A stretch of DNA of 64,000 nt. Origin: an uncultured delta proteobacterium (GTDB taxonomy: Bacteria; Desulfobacterota; Binatia; UBA9968). The position numbers and the translations under genes were made by a program. Location: positions 128,001 through 192,000 of the forward strand of contig CAWJZV010000014.1 in the NCBI GenBank assembly GCA_963847445.1, given 5' to 3'. Positions 19,652-29,164 of this stretch are shown here, piece by piece. Positions within the stretch are counted from its first letter, which is position 1; the number at the start of each line of letters is the position of its first letter. The notes beneath the pieces are model-generated. The model searched no databases, had not been told where the DNA came from, and saw only the letters and a program-made list of their open reading frames with translations.

Positions 19652-19872
19652 CATGTCCTCCTTAGAAAATAGATGTAAGGGGAGAGTATCCACCACCGGG
19701 GTTCCGTCATACCCGCGAAAGCGGGTATCCAGGTCTAATTGCGGCTCAGACGCAACCGGATTCCCGCGTGCGCGGGAATGACGCGTCAAGCAGGACCGCC
19801 TATGGAGGGAATCCCATCCATTTTCATATTCTGTAGACGAGCGTAAGATCATGATACCACTTCGTGGTGAAT
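19652..19872 (-). repeat. ~220-bp composite element containing a CGTCATACCCGCG...CGCGGGAATGACG double hairpin
   Basis: Reverse complement shares ordered blocks with 44491-44718: TTCACCACGAAGTG..ATCATGA, CGTCTAC.GAA.ATGAAAAT, ATTCCCTCCATAG, hairpin pair, ACAT.TATTTTC.AAGGAGGACA. Confidence 0.8.
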
Positions 19873-19878
19873 AATTTT

Positions 19879-20307
19879 TTACTTTCCCTTAGCAGCCAGC
19901 GGACTCACCAGATCACGCTCGGATAGGTGCGCCACCGTTTCACCGGTTTCGGCGAAGGTGCGGGTCACCTCGGTGGAAGTATAGATCCAAAGGATCGCCA
20001 GCGGCGTCGTGCCGACGTTGACGAAACGGTGCGGCTGATTGGCTGGAACCAGCGTAGTGTCGTAAGCGTGCAGCCGCCGATGGCTCTGGCCATCGATTTC
20101 CGCGTCGGCCTCGCCTTCGAGGATGGTCACCTGCTCATCGCAGTTATGCGAATGCATGGGAACCTTCGCGCCCACCGGAAATCGAGTAATTCCCGTCGTG
20201 ATATGCTTCGAGCCGAGCTCTTTCGTGATCAAAGGCGTCGTTTGGATGCCGTTACCGCGGTCGACCACCGGCAATGAATCGATTCTCAGAATATGCGCGT
20301 CTGCCAT
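19879..20307 (-). CDS. Cupin-domain protein
   Basis: VPMHSHNCDEQVTILEG...VPANQPHRFVN. Confidence 0.9.
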   Translation of the reverse strand: MADAHILRIDSLPVVDRGNGIQTTPLITKELGSKHITTGITRFPVGAKVPMHSHNCDEQVTILEGEADAEIDGQSHRRLHAYDTTLVPANQPHRFVNVGTTPLAILWIYTSTEVTRTFAETGETVAHLSERDLVSPLAAKGK

Positions 20308-20379
20308 GGCAATTTCTCCGATCGAAATTGAGCTGTGTGGCGAACACTAACAGCGCCGTTAACGAGCCGGTCAAGCAAA

Positions 20380-20662
20380 AGGGCGGGTTTCAAACCCGCC
20401 CTTTCGAATCCTATTTCCTTTTTGCATTCTTTGCGCATTTCGTCCGGGAGCCGAACCCCGTCGGATTGAGATATTCCTCTCGCAAAGACGCGCCAAGGTA
20501 GGGGCGATTCATGAATCGCCCTTACTGTCATTTCGACGCTTCGGAGAAATCTTTCTTAGATCCCTCGACTCCCCTCGAGGTGACGGGCATTGCACGTCAC
20601 CTTTGCGCCTTGGCGCCTTGGCGAGAGATATTCCGGTTTTCGATTGCGGCTATGCCGCGCAC
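20380..20662. repeat. Nested repeat cluster (REP-like hairpins plus family B composite)
   Basis: GGGCGGGTTTCAAACCCGCCC; CTCTCGCAAAGACGC-[GTAGGGGCGATTCATGAATCGCCC]-[TGTCATTTCGAC...GTGAC]-CTTTGCGCCTTGGCGCCTTGGCGAGAG. Confidence 0.8.
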
Positions 20663-20706
20663 TGTGTCTTGTGGTAAACATTCTTGCACCATCCAAAGGA
20701 GTCGAT

Positions 20707-21663
20707 ATGCGTATCAAGTCGATCCCCTTTCTCGTTATTCTCTTTCTGATGATCGGAGTCTCTCCGGCATCGGCGCAACTCAAGAAAGTTAGATTTTCCA
20801 CCACCGGGATTTCCATTTCCGAACTCCCTTTCAAAGTCGCCCAGGTCAAAGGATTCTGGCGCGAAGAAGGCCTCGATGTCGAAGCGATTCTCATCCGCGG
20901 CGCGGTCGGCATGCAGGCGCTTTTGGGCGGCTCGGTCGATTACACCTCGGCCTCTGGCTCGACCATCGCCGCGGCGGTGCGCGCTTTGCCGGTCAAGCTG
21001 GTGTTCATTTCTTCATCCAAGCCGCAGTTCGAGCTCATGTCCCAGCCGCAGATTAAATCCGTTCAGGATTTGAAAGGAAAAATCGTCGGCATTTCGTCGC
21101 GCGGCGGTTCCAACGATTTGATGCTGCAAATAATTTTACAGAAAAACGGCCTCGCGCCGAACAAGGATGTCACAGTCATCATTGTCGGAGCCCAAGAAGA
21201 ATCGGTAATTGCCCTTCGAACCGGCAGAATAGCCGCCGCACTTATTACCCCGCCGAGAAATTTCATGCTCCAGCGTGATGGCTTCAACCGCATCGCTTAT
21301 TCGGGTGATTATCTGTCAACCTATGCCAACGGCGGCATCGGCGTCACCGACGAAAAAATTAAAACCAACCCCACAGAGGTTCTCGCCTTCGTGCGCGGCA
21401 CCATCAAAGCTCTCCAGTATTCGATGAAAAACCGCGCCGAGATGATAAAAATCATGCCGGGCTACTTGGGCATCAAAGACCCCGCGTTGATCGATCAGCT
21501 CTACGATCTCTATCTGACGCGCCAATCGGTGGACGGCTCGGTAGACGACAATTGGATGAAAGGCGCAATCGAATTCACCCAAAAAACTCTCGGCGGCGCC
21601 GTCAAGGAAGTTCCGCCGAGCCAGGTTTTCGATTTCAGCTTCGTGCAAAAAGCCGTGAAATGA
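20707..21663 (+). CDS. ABC transporter substrate-binding protein (NitT/TauT, NMT1-like)
   Basis: Signal peptide ending ASAQ, KGFWREEGLDVE, IKSVQDLKGKIVGIS; AAGGAG RBS. Confidence 0.9.
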   Translation: MRIKSIPFLVILFLMIGVSPASAQLKKVRFSTTGISISELPFKVAQVKGFWREEGLDVEAILIRGAVGMQALLGGSVDYTSASGSTIAAAVRALPVKLVFISSSKPQFELMSQPQIKSVQDLKGKIVGISSRGGSNDLMLQIILQKNGLAPNKDVTVIIVGAQEESVIALRTGRIAAALITPPRNFMLQRDGFNRIAYSGDYLSTYANGGIGVTDEKIKTNPTEVLAFVRGTIKALQYSMKNRAEMIKIMPGYLGIKDPALIDQLYDLYLTRQSVDGSVDDNWMKGAIEFTQKTLGGAVKEVPPSQVFDFSFVQKAVK

Positions 21664-21782
21664 TTCGCCGTCGGTGCATCGCTGACTTCACAAGCAGGGG
21701 GAAGCATCTTAGCAGCGACGCAAACGATGCGGTTCCCTACGGTCTGCTCTCGGGAAGAACTGCCGAGATTGGTTGTCTGGAA

Positions 21783-21798
21783 GTATCAAACATGATAC
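21783..21798. promoter_or_regulatory. Putative operator palindrome upstream of the TA-like pair
   Basis: GTATCA-AACA-TGATAC perfect inverted repeat, downstream of a TTGTCT -35-like hexamer and 10 bp before the start codon. Confidence 0.55.
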
Positions 21799-21807
21799 CT
21801 ATGGAAT

Positions 21808-22008
21808 GTGGGCCGGAAGAAGCGGGGCGGATACATTTTCGAAACTTATTCGGGAGATCACCCGCCCTATCACGTGCACATCTACAAGGACGACGAATTG
21901 ATCGGTCGATACGATATTGAGAACCAAAAAGCCATGGACGGGATTTTTTCAGGGCAAATCCTCAAATTTCTGGAAGAATTGGGATACAAGAGATCAGCGA
22001 AAGGATAG
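21808..22008 (+). CDS. DUF4160-like small protein (putative toxin)
   Basis: GYIFETYSGDHPPYHVHIYK matches the D-H-x-P-x-H-V-H motif; 66 aa. Confidence 0.75.
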   Translation: MGRKKRGGYIFETYSGDHPPYHVHIYKDDELIGRYDIENQKAMDGIFSGQILKFLEELGYKRSAKG

Positions 22009-22011
22009 CCG

Positions 22012-22536
22012 ATGGCTAGAGCAGTAGCGACAAAATACGCGGACAGTTCGCCCGAGCCGAGTTTCGCAGCCAAGATCCGAGACGCCCGCTACCTAGTTAG
22101 AAATAATCATTTCGTGGTCACATTCGACAGCGGCAAGGAGTATAGCTTCCCACGCTCCGCGTTAGACATCGATGATGGCAGCGAGGTGGCGAGCGTGAGA
22201 GTCGACCGCAAGCGTTTTTTCTTTCACGTGACCCAAACCTCCGGCAACTGCTACGAAGTCCCCTGGGATCGCGTTCTACACGAAGCCGAACCCTCGTACC
22301 CTTTCTTCCGGGGTCGTACGACTCGGGCTAAGAAGGCCCAGGAAATAGGCACGACGATTCGAAAAATGCGCATAGAAAAAGGGATCACACAGCAAGCACT
22401 GGCGCGCGCCGCCGGCATGATTCGCGCAAACCTTTCCCGCATAGAAGCCTCAAAGCATCGCCCCACGCTTGAGACGATAGAAAGAATCGCCACCGCTCTC
22501 CAGGTTCCCGTCGCGGATTTGATTGCGGCGCGCTAA
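22012..22536 (+). CDS. XRE-family HTH protein with N-terminal DUF2442-like domain (putative antitoxin)
   Basis: C-terminal IRKMRIEKGITQQALARAAG..RANLSRIE...PTLETIERIATAL; N-terminal ARY...FVVTFDSG beta domain. Confidence 0.8.
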   Translation: MARAVATKYADSSPEPSFAAKIRDARYLVRNNHFVVTFDSGKEYSFPRSALDIDDGSEVASVRVDRKRFFFHVTQTSGNCYEVPWDRVLHEAEPSYPFFRGRTTRAKKAQEIGTTIRKMRIEKGITQQALARAAGMIRANLSRIEASKHRPTLETIERIATALQVPVADLIAAR

Positions 22537-22657
22537 CCTTGTGTCACGCCGTATCGCCAGAAATCGAGGCAAGTCTCACGTTGTGCCAGAGGTACGTGCC
22601 ATGCTTTTACTTATTTAAATTCTCCTGACTCACGCTCTGACCAACTTCGGTTGCCCG

Positions 22658-24406
22658 CTAATTCGCCCGATCCGGTCGCTCATTCGTTTCCGCCGCTTTC
22701 GCCAGCCGAACGTCGATCAGCGCCACTTGTCCGCCGGCGACGGCTTTCAAGCCGCGTTGGAGCGCGGCGCGCACTTCGCCGGGCTCTTCGACTTTTTCGC
22801 CGTAGCCGTCGAAGGCGCGCGCGATCATCGCGTAGTCCGGACTGGGATTGATCGAGATGCCGATGAAGTCCTGGTTCTTCACGGCGAAGCCGTCGGGGAA
22901 GAAACGCGGCACGCCGGATTTTTGCGAATGGTAGCCGTAATTATTGAAGAGCACGATCATGATCGGCAGATTGTGCTCCTGGCAAACTCCAAGAGTCGCC
23001 AGTCCGGGATCGTAGTTGAACGCGCCGTCACCGATCAGACACAAAACCGGCCGCTTGGGATTCGCCGCTTTGACACCAAGCGCGGTGCCCGTGCCGGTGC
23101 CGAGTCCGCCGATGCAGCCGGCAAAGAACGTGCCCGGCTTGAGCATGTCGAGATAGCGGTGAATCGAAAGTCTGTGCGTAATGGTTTCCTCGACGACGAT
23201 GGCATCGGCCGGAATGACCTGCGCCAACTCGTGCGTGACCCAGCGCGTGTCGATCGGTTTTTGCTCCCTGCGCTTGAGCGCGTCTTCTTGCCAAGCGGCT
23301 CTGCGCGCGGCATGGCGGCTACTCCAGGTCTCGCCGCGCCGCGCCGCGTCGCCGTTTCCTTTGGAAACTTTTTTCTTCACGGCTTCGAGTAAATACTTCA
23401 TCGATCTTTCGATCTCGCCGGTGAGAATTTGATTGACCGGATAGCCCCAGTAAGGCATCTCCGAGCGCAGCGGATTATCCGACAAGACCGCGAGTTTGGT
23501 TCCAGGGTTTAATTTCTTCGAAGCCGGATGCCAGGGCGCGACGACTCCCAAAAGAAAAATCACGTCCGATTCCACCAAGAATTCGACCGGCTCGAAACCG
23601 GCATGCAGCGGATGGGTGCGCGGAAAGTTTATGTAGCTCGACGCCCGGCTTTCGACGACGCCGGCGCCGAGCAACTCGGCCAGCTCGACGAGTTGTTCGA
23701 CCACCCGTGGGTCGCGTCCTGCCTCCTCGGTGACGATCAGGGGATTTTTCGCGCCGGCGAGGGACGCCGCGAGTTCGTCGAGCGCCGCCGGATCGGCCAT
23801 GGGCGCCGGAATCGGGACATTTTCCGCCGCCGCGTTCTTGGTCATTTTATCGAACAGATATTCCATCGGCAGCGAAACGAAGACCGGTCCCTTGGGAGTG
23901 CCCATCGCCAATTGGCAGGCACGCTGGATGGTCGACGGCAACAGCGATTTCGCGTTGACGCCGTAGCTCCATTTAACGCAGCGTTCCACGAGACGCGCCG
24001 GTCCGCCAATATCGGCCAAGGCGCCGAGCCATTGCGCGCCCACGTCCGGACCCGCCTCTTCGCCGAAACCTAATGACTCGCCGGTGAACACCACCATGGG
24101 AATCTGTTCATGCAGCGCGCCGCGCAGCGCCATCGTCGCATGCAGCGCGCCGACCGTGGTGTGGATCATGACCGCGGCAAGTTTTCCTGTCGCCTTGGCG
24201 TAGCCGCTGGCCATGCCGACGGCGACCTCTTCGTGGCGCGAGCTGATATACTGCGGCACGCCCTCGCTCTGCGCCTTGGCTTTGGCAAACGCTTCCCACA
24301 CCGGCGCCCACTCCGAGCCGGGGGAAGAAAAGATTCGATCCACTCCCATATGTGAGAGCACGCGCAATAAAGTATCGGCGCCGGTCAAGCCTTCGGTCTC
24401 GATCAT
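22658..24406 (-). CDS. Thiamine pyrophosphate-dependent enzyme (ALS/benzoylformate decarboxylase-like)
   Basis: RHEEVAVGMASGYA, GPVFVSLP, TPP motif GDGAFNY...FNN. Confidence 0.92.
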   Translation of the reverse strand: MIETEGLTGADTLLRVLSHMGVDRIFSSPGSEWAPVWEAFAKAKAQSEGVPQYISSRHEEVAVGMASGYAKATGKLAAVMIHTTVGALHATMALRGALHEQIPMVVFTGESLGFGEEAGPDVGAQWLGALADIGGPARLVERCVKWSYGVNAKSLLPSTIQRACQLAMGTPKGPVFVSLPMEYLFDKMTKNAAAENVPIPAPMADPAALDELAASLAGAKNPLIVTEEAGRDPRVVEQLVELAELLGAGVVESRASSYINFPRTHPLHAGFEPVEFLVESDVIFLLGVVAPWHPASKKLNPGTKLAVLSDNPLRSEMPYWGYPVNQILTGEIERSMKYLLEAVKKKVSKGNGDAARRGETWSSRHAARRAAWQEDALKRREQKPIDTRWVTHELAQVIPADAIVVEETITHRLSIHRYLDMLKPGTFFAGCIGGLGTGTGTALGVKAANPKRPVLCLIGDGAFNYDPGLATLGVCQEHNLPIMIVLFNNYGYHSQKSGVPRFFPDGFAVKNQDFIGISINPSPDYAMIARAFDGYGEKVEEPGEVRAALQRGLKAVAGGQVALIDVRLAKAAETNERPDRAN

Positions 24407-24474
24407 AAAAATCTCCTCGCGTTCAAAACGTTCAAGTCGTTCCAGCCGTTCAAATCGTATCGGTCATTTTTTCT

Positions 24475-24619
24475 GATTCTGCTGAATAACCCTCGCTCAC
24501 CCTTCGACAGAGCTCAGGGCGAACGGGGAGAAGATTGAGAACGTTAAGAATTTTCCGTTCTACTGAGCTTGTCGAAGTTGAGCCCGTCGAAGCGTTCCTA
24601 GGGGTTTTTCAGAAGAATC
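24475..24619. mobile_element. MITE-like element with TIRs, enclosing CCCTTCGACAGAGCTCAGGGCGAACGG-type hairpins
   Basis: Left GATTCTGCTGAATAACCCT; right end reverse complement GATTCTTCTGAAAAACCCCT; shares the CTGCTGAAAAA core with the 4030 element. Confidence 0.65.
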
Positions 24620-24665
24620 TTTTCTTACTCCGAACCCCTCACTCCTTACCCCTTACCTTTTACCG

Positions 24666-25673
24666 TCACTTCTCTCCCCACAATTTTTTGAGAAACCCGC
24701 TGTCCCTCAGCTCGTTGGTGAAACGCGAATCGTAAAACTCCTCGGTTTTCACCGCCGGACCCTGGGGCATCGATTTACTCATGAGCGTGAGGATCAGCTC
24801 GATGCCTTTGGGATCGACTTGGAGGGTTCGTTCCACGGCCGCCGACTCAGACTCGATCGCGTGGCCATTCACTTCGCGGTCTTCGACTTTGGTATATTTG
24901 GCGACGATCTGGATGGTCCCTTCTTTGTTCGTGAGAAAATAGTGAATCGCTTCCGCGTAAGCGCGCATGAATTTCGCCAGGTCAGCTTGCTTGCGCTCGA
25001 CGGTGTTGCGCGCGGACAGGAGAACCGTCGATGCCAAGGGAATCTTCATGGCCGTGATATCCAGGATCACCTTGAAGCCCAGCCTCTGGGCAAACAGATC
25101 GTGCGGCGTGCTCGTGCTAACGGCGTCGATGGTTCCCGCCTTGAGCGCCGGGATTCCCTGGCCGATGCTGCCGAGCTGGATATATTGGAGGTCTTTGAGC
25201 GGATCTATGTTGTAACGCGCCAGCGATGCTTGAGTGAACATGTCCGGATTCGAACCGATCCGGTCGATACCGAGCCGCTTGCCTTTCAGATCCTGGACGC
25301 TGGCGATTTCTTTTTTGCCGACGATGGCGCCGGTCATGCGGTTTTTGGTCTGGCCGATCATCGCCAAATTCTTATTCCCGCCGGCGATCGCCCTTATCGG
25401 GGCGAAGCCGCCGATCACTCCGACATCGACGTCGCCCGACAGGATCGCCGTGGTGCCGAGCGGACCGGACGCGATGAACACCAAGCGAACGTCTAAGCCC
25501 TGCTTCTTGAAAAATCCCGCTTCTTTGGCGATCCACATGGGCGCCATCGAAACCACCGGCGCGGTGTAGAATGCGGTGAGAGTGGAAGTTTGTCCGGCGC
25601 TTTCGTGCACCGCGCCGAGACTGGTTGAGAGGACAATGCCGATTAGCGCTAGCAGCCTAAGAAAATAAGTCAT
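24666..25673 (-). CDS. ABC transporter substrate-binding protein (NitT/TauT, NMT1-like)
   Basis: Signal peptide, WIAKEAGFFKKQGLDV, IASVQDLKGKRLGI, ELRDSGFLKKLW; GGAGG RBS. Confidence 0.9.
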   Translation of the reverse strand: MTYFLRLLALIGIVLSTSLGAVHESAGQTSTLTAFYTAPVVSMAPMWIAKEAGFFKKQGLDVRLVFIASGPLGTTAILSGDVDVGVIGGFAPIRAIAGGNKNLAMIGQTKNRMTGAIVGKKEIASVQDLKGKRLGIDRIGSNPDMFTQASLARYNIDPLKDLQYIQLGSIGQGIPALKAGTIDAVSTSTPHDLFAQRLGFKVILDITAMKIPLASTVLLSARNTVERKQADLAKFMRAYAEAIHYFLTNKEGTIQIVAKYTKVEDREVNGHAIESESAAVERTLQVDPKGIELILTLMSKSMPQGPAVKTEEFYDSRFTNELRDSGFLKKLWGEK

Positions 25674-25824
25674 CGCGCACCTCCCTTTGTCCCTGCGGTT
25701 GCGCGGCGCGATTCGCCGCGCGCCAAAGTTCGGGGGTCAAGACAACGTCTCGCCCCGCATATCGCAAGCTCTAGCCGATGTCCATACGCCGCCACTCCAT
25801 TTTAGATTTTGGTCTGCGGGGCCG

Positions 25825-25893
25825 TCACTGAATCACCTTATTTGCCCGCGCCAGCATTTTGTACGGAATTGTATGACCAATTTTTTTGCCGCC
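25825..25893 (-). pseudogene. 3'-terminal fragment of an ABC_sub_bind-type binding protein
   Basis: Translates KIGHTIPYKMLARANKVIQ-stop, matching the family C-terminal pattern xIGLTIPxxxLARADxVI. Confidence 0.6.
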
Positions 25894-25996
25894 TTGCCGG
25901 ACTATAGACCGGTGCAGGCTCCCGCTGTCAAGCAGAATGACTTTGAGTTGACAGAACGGCGCATTATCAAATAGCTTTGGCAGCGAGTGAGCGCGT

Positions 25997-26921
25997 ATGA
26001 GTCAGAAAACACCGGAAAATTGGCGCATGGACGTGCATCACCACGTGGTGCCGCCGCAGTACGCTGACGAGTCCATGCCGATCAAGCTGCCGAATACCGA
26101 AGCGCAACTACGCTCCATGGATAGTTGGCACATTCGCACCGCCATAACTTCGCTCACGCCGCGCGTGATTTTGAAAAATCTCCATCGGTCTGCGCGAAGT
26201 GGCGCGGGTCTGCAACGAATTCCAAGCCAGAATGTTGCTGGAGCACCCCGCACGATTCGGCTCCTTCGCTCTTCTTCCCCTGCCCGACGTTGACGGCGCG
26301 CTGGAAGAGTTAACCTATGCGCTCGACATCTTGCACCTTGACGGCGTCGGGCTTTTTTCCAGCGTCAACGACCACTACTTGGGCGACCCCTTATTCGATC
26401 CGCTGTTCGACGAGCTGAACCGGCGCCAAGCCGTGGTGTTCATCCATCCGACCCACTGCGAAGCGCCCGAGCACACTGGCTTACGCGCGCCGCCGTTCGC
26501 GGTCGAATATGTGTTCGACACCACCCGAGCCATCGTCAATCTGATTTATACCGGCACGCTCAAGCGTTGCCCCGACATTCGCTTCATCGTCGCCCATGGC
26601 GGCGGCACGGTGCCGTATCTCGCCGAACGGATCGCCATGATGGAAGGCCACCGCGGCGCCAAAAACGTCACTGACGTGATTCCCACGCTGCGCGCGCTCT
26701 ACTATGAGACCGCGAGTACCACGTCTGCATTCGCGCTCCGCTCGCTACAGGAGTTCGCCGATCCGAGCCATATCCTGTGGGGCTCGGATCTGCCGTTCGT
26801 CTACGGCACGCGCTTGCAGCGCGAAGTCGAGCACTGGGAACATTACGCCGGCTTCGACGACGCGGCGCGGCGCGCTATCGAAGAACAAAACGCGTTACGA
26901 CTATTTCCGCGCTTCGCCTAG
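25997..26921 (+). CDS. Amidohydrolase-2 family decarboxylase/hydratase (frameshift near 26190)
   Basis: DVHHHVVPP, RFGSFALLPLPD, VFIHPT, AHGGGTVPYL, ILWGSDLPF. Confidence 0.88.
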
Positions 26922-26936
26922 CGTAGCTCGGAGAAT

Positions 26937-27135
26937 TGGCCGCAAAGAACGCAAAGGGCGCACAGAAGAAATCGGAATATCTCTCGCAAACGCGCAAAGA
27001 CGCAAAGGCCGTAGAGGAAAAATGTCATTTCGACCGAAGGGAGAAATCTTTCTTAGATCCCTCGCATCCACTCGGGATGACGGGCCTCGGCCCGTCACTT
27101 GGCGTCTTTGCGCCTTTGCGAGAGGAATATCCGAA
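26937..27135. repeat. Family B composite palindromic element
   Basis: TCGGAATATCTCTCGCAAACGCGCAAAGACGCAAAG-[TGTCATTTCGACCGAAGGGAGAAATCT...GGGATGAC]-CTTGGCGTCTTTGCGCCTTTGCGAGAGGAATATCCGA. Confidence 0.85.
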
Positions 27136-27157
27136 ATAGAATGCGAGTGACGTTTCG

Positions 27158-28306
27158 GTGCAAATAAACATCATCGGCGCCGGTCCCGCCGGCCTTCTCT
27201 TCGCGCTGCTGATCAAGCGCCGCTATCCAAGTTGGCAGGTCAATGTCTTCGAGCAGAACCCGCCCGACGCCACCTTCGGTTTCGGCGTGGTGTTCTCGCT
27301 CAATGCCCTCGCGTTCCTCGAACGCGACGTGCCCGATTTGCACGCGCTGTTAGTTCCGCAGCTAGAATCCTGGCCCATGCAGCGCATAGTCCACCGCGAC
27401 GAGCGGGTGGAAATCGACGGCAACGGTTTTTCGGCCATCGGGAGATTAGAGCTCAATCAATTTCTCGACGCGCTGTGCCGCGCCGCGGGCGTGAGCGTCA
27501 TCTACAACCAATTCATCGAATCACTCGCTCAAGCAAAGGACTGCGATCTTCTCGTCGGCGCCGATGGTGCGAACTCGTTCGTGCGCCGCGCCCTGGAAGC
27601 GGAATTCCAACTCAAAACCGAGTGGCTCACCAACCGCTTCGCCTGGTACGGCACAACGCAGCCGTTCGAGTGTCTTAGCTTAACCTTCCGCGCTAATCAT
27701 GACGGCCACTTCGTCGCGCACCATTACCGCCACAGTCAAACGATGAGCACGTTCGTCGTCGAATGCGATGAAGCGACCTGGCGCCGCGCCGGCTTGGATC
27801 GAATGTCCGAGGATGCCAGCCGCACCTACTGTGAGCGGGTCTTCGCGCCGGATTTAAGCGGCCATTCGCTGGTATCCAATAAATCCATCTGGCGCCAGTT
27901 TCCGCTGCTGGTCACCAACCGATGGTCCGTTGGCAACGCCGTGCTCTTGGGCGACGCCCAGCGCACCGTGCATTTTTCCATCGGCTCGGGCACTCGCCTG
28001 GCATTCGAAGATGCCATCGCGCTCGATCGCGCCTTCGCTGACGCGGGCGACGATGCACCGCGCGCGCTGAAACTCTTCGAGCGCGAGCGCCGGCCCATCG
28101 TCGAAAAAATCGTCGCCGCCGCCAACGCCAGCTCCTATTGGTACGAGCGCATCGCCGAAAAAATGAAGTTGGAACCCTGGCAGCTCGCCTACGACTACAT
28201 GACCCGCAGCGGCCGCATGACCGACGAACGGCTGCGCGAGCTGTCGCCGAAGTTCATGGCGCGGATCGATCGCGAGCGCAGCGCCGGCCCGCGGCAGGGC
28301 TCGTAG
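27158..28306 (+). CDS. FAD-dependent monooxygenase, salicylyl-CoA 5-hydroxylase / anthraniloyl-CoA monooxygenase-like hydroxylase domain
   Basis: GAGPAGL, EQNPPDATFGFGVVFS, ADGANS, STFVVEC, GDAQRTVHFSIGSGTRLAFEDA, YMTRSGR. Confidence 0.88.
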   Translation: MQINIIGAGPAGLLFALLIKRRYPSWQVNVFEQNPPDATFGFGVVFSLNALAFLERDVPDLHALLVPQLESWPMQRIVHRDERVEIDGNGFSAIGRLELNQFLDALCRAAGVSVIYNQFIESLAQAKDCDLLVGADGANSFVRRALEAEFQLKTEWLTNRFAWYGTTQPFECLSLTFRANHDGHFVAHHYRHSQTMSTFVVECDEATWRRAGLDRMSEDASRTYCERVFAPDLSGHSLVSNKSIWRQFPLLVTNRWSVGNAVLLGDAQRTVHFSIGSGTRLAFEDAIALDRAFADAGDDAPRALKLFERERRPIVEKIVAAANASSYWYERIAEKMKLEPWQLAYDYMTRSGRMTDERLRELSPKFMARIDRERSAGPRQGS

Positions 28307-28386
28307 CTTGGTTCATACGCGCGGCGGCGCCGAGAGCACCGCCGCGTTGACGGCGATTCGACTTTTTTGCTACAAGCAAAGCCACC

Positions 28387-29151
28387 ATGAGCAACGATAA
28401 ACCCGCCGCGCTCGTCACCGGCGCGGCCACCGGCATCGGTCGCAGCGCCGCCGTGGCGTTGGCGCAAAACGGCTACGATGTAGCCGTCAATTTTAGCCGC
28501 AGCGAAGACGCGGCGAGGATCACGGCGCGCGCATGCGAAGCTGCGGGTGCCCGCGCGCTGCTCTACCGGGCGGATGTCAGTGACGACGCCGCCGTGCGCG
28601 CCATGCTGGCGGCGACCGAACAGGAATTCGGCAGACTCGACGTGCTGATCAACAATGCCGGCACGACGGTCGATGTCGACCCGAAAAATTTCGAAGCCAT
28701 GACAGTCGATGACTGGAATCGAGTCTTCAATGTCAACGTGCTCGGCTTATTTCTGGTCACCCGCGCGGCGGCGCCGCTGCTGAAAAAATCGCCCAACGGC
28801 TGCATCGTCAACACTTGCAGCATCGCCGGTCTGCGACCGAGCGCCCAGCCGTTGCCCTACGCGGCGAGCAAAGCGGCGGTGGCGAACCTAACCAAGACGC
28901 TGGCCAACGCGCTCGGACCGCAAATCCGCGTCAACGCGGTGGCGCCCGGCTGGATCGAAGGCGAGTGGATGAAGCGGACGCTGGCGGAGAACTACCAAGG
29001 CTTGATGGCGCGCCGAGCGAAATACACGCCGCTCAATCGCTGCTGCACCGAAGACGATGTCGCCGACAGCATGCTGAGCCTCATCCTACACAACCGCTTC
29101 GTCACCGGCGAGATCATTATCGTCGACGGCGGCTTTTCGAGCACAACGTAG
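28387..29151 (+). CDS. SDR family oxidoreductase
   Basis: TGAATGIG, NNAG, YAASK, NAVAPG. Confidence 0.93.
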   Translation: MSNDKPAALVTGAATGIGRSAAVALAQNGYDVAVNFSRSEDAARITARACEAAGARALLYRADVSDDAAVRAMLAATEQEFGRLDVLINNAGTTVDVDPKNFEAMTVDDWNRVFNVNVLGLFLVTRAAAPLLKKSPNGCIVNTCSIAGLRPSAQPLPYAASKAAVANLTKTLANALGPQIRVNAVAPGWIEGEWMKRTLAENYQGLMARRAKYTPLNRCCTEDDVADSMLSLILHNRFVTGEIIIVDGGFSSTT

Positions 29152-29164
29152 ATGAAAATGGTCG

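Noticed and set aside
22565-22606. TGGCAC motifs as sigma-54 promoters (also near 37190 and 788)
   Set aside because: GG-N10-GC spacing is not satisfied.
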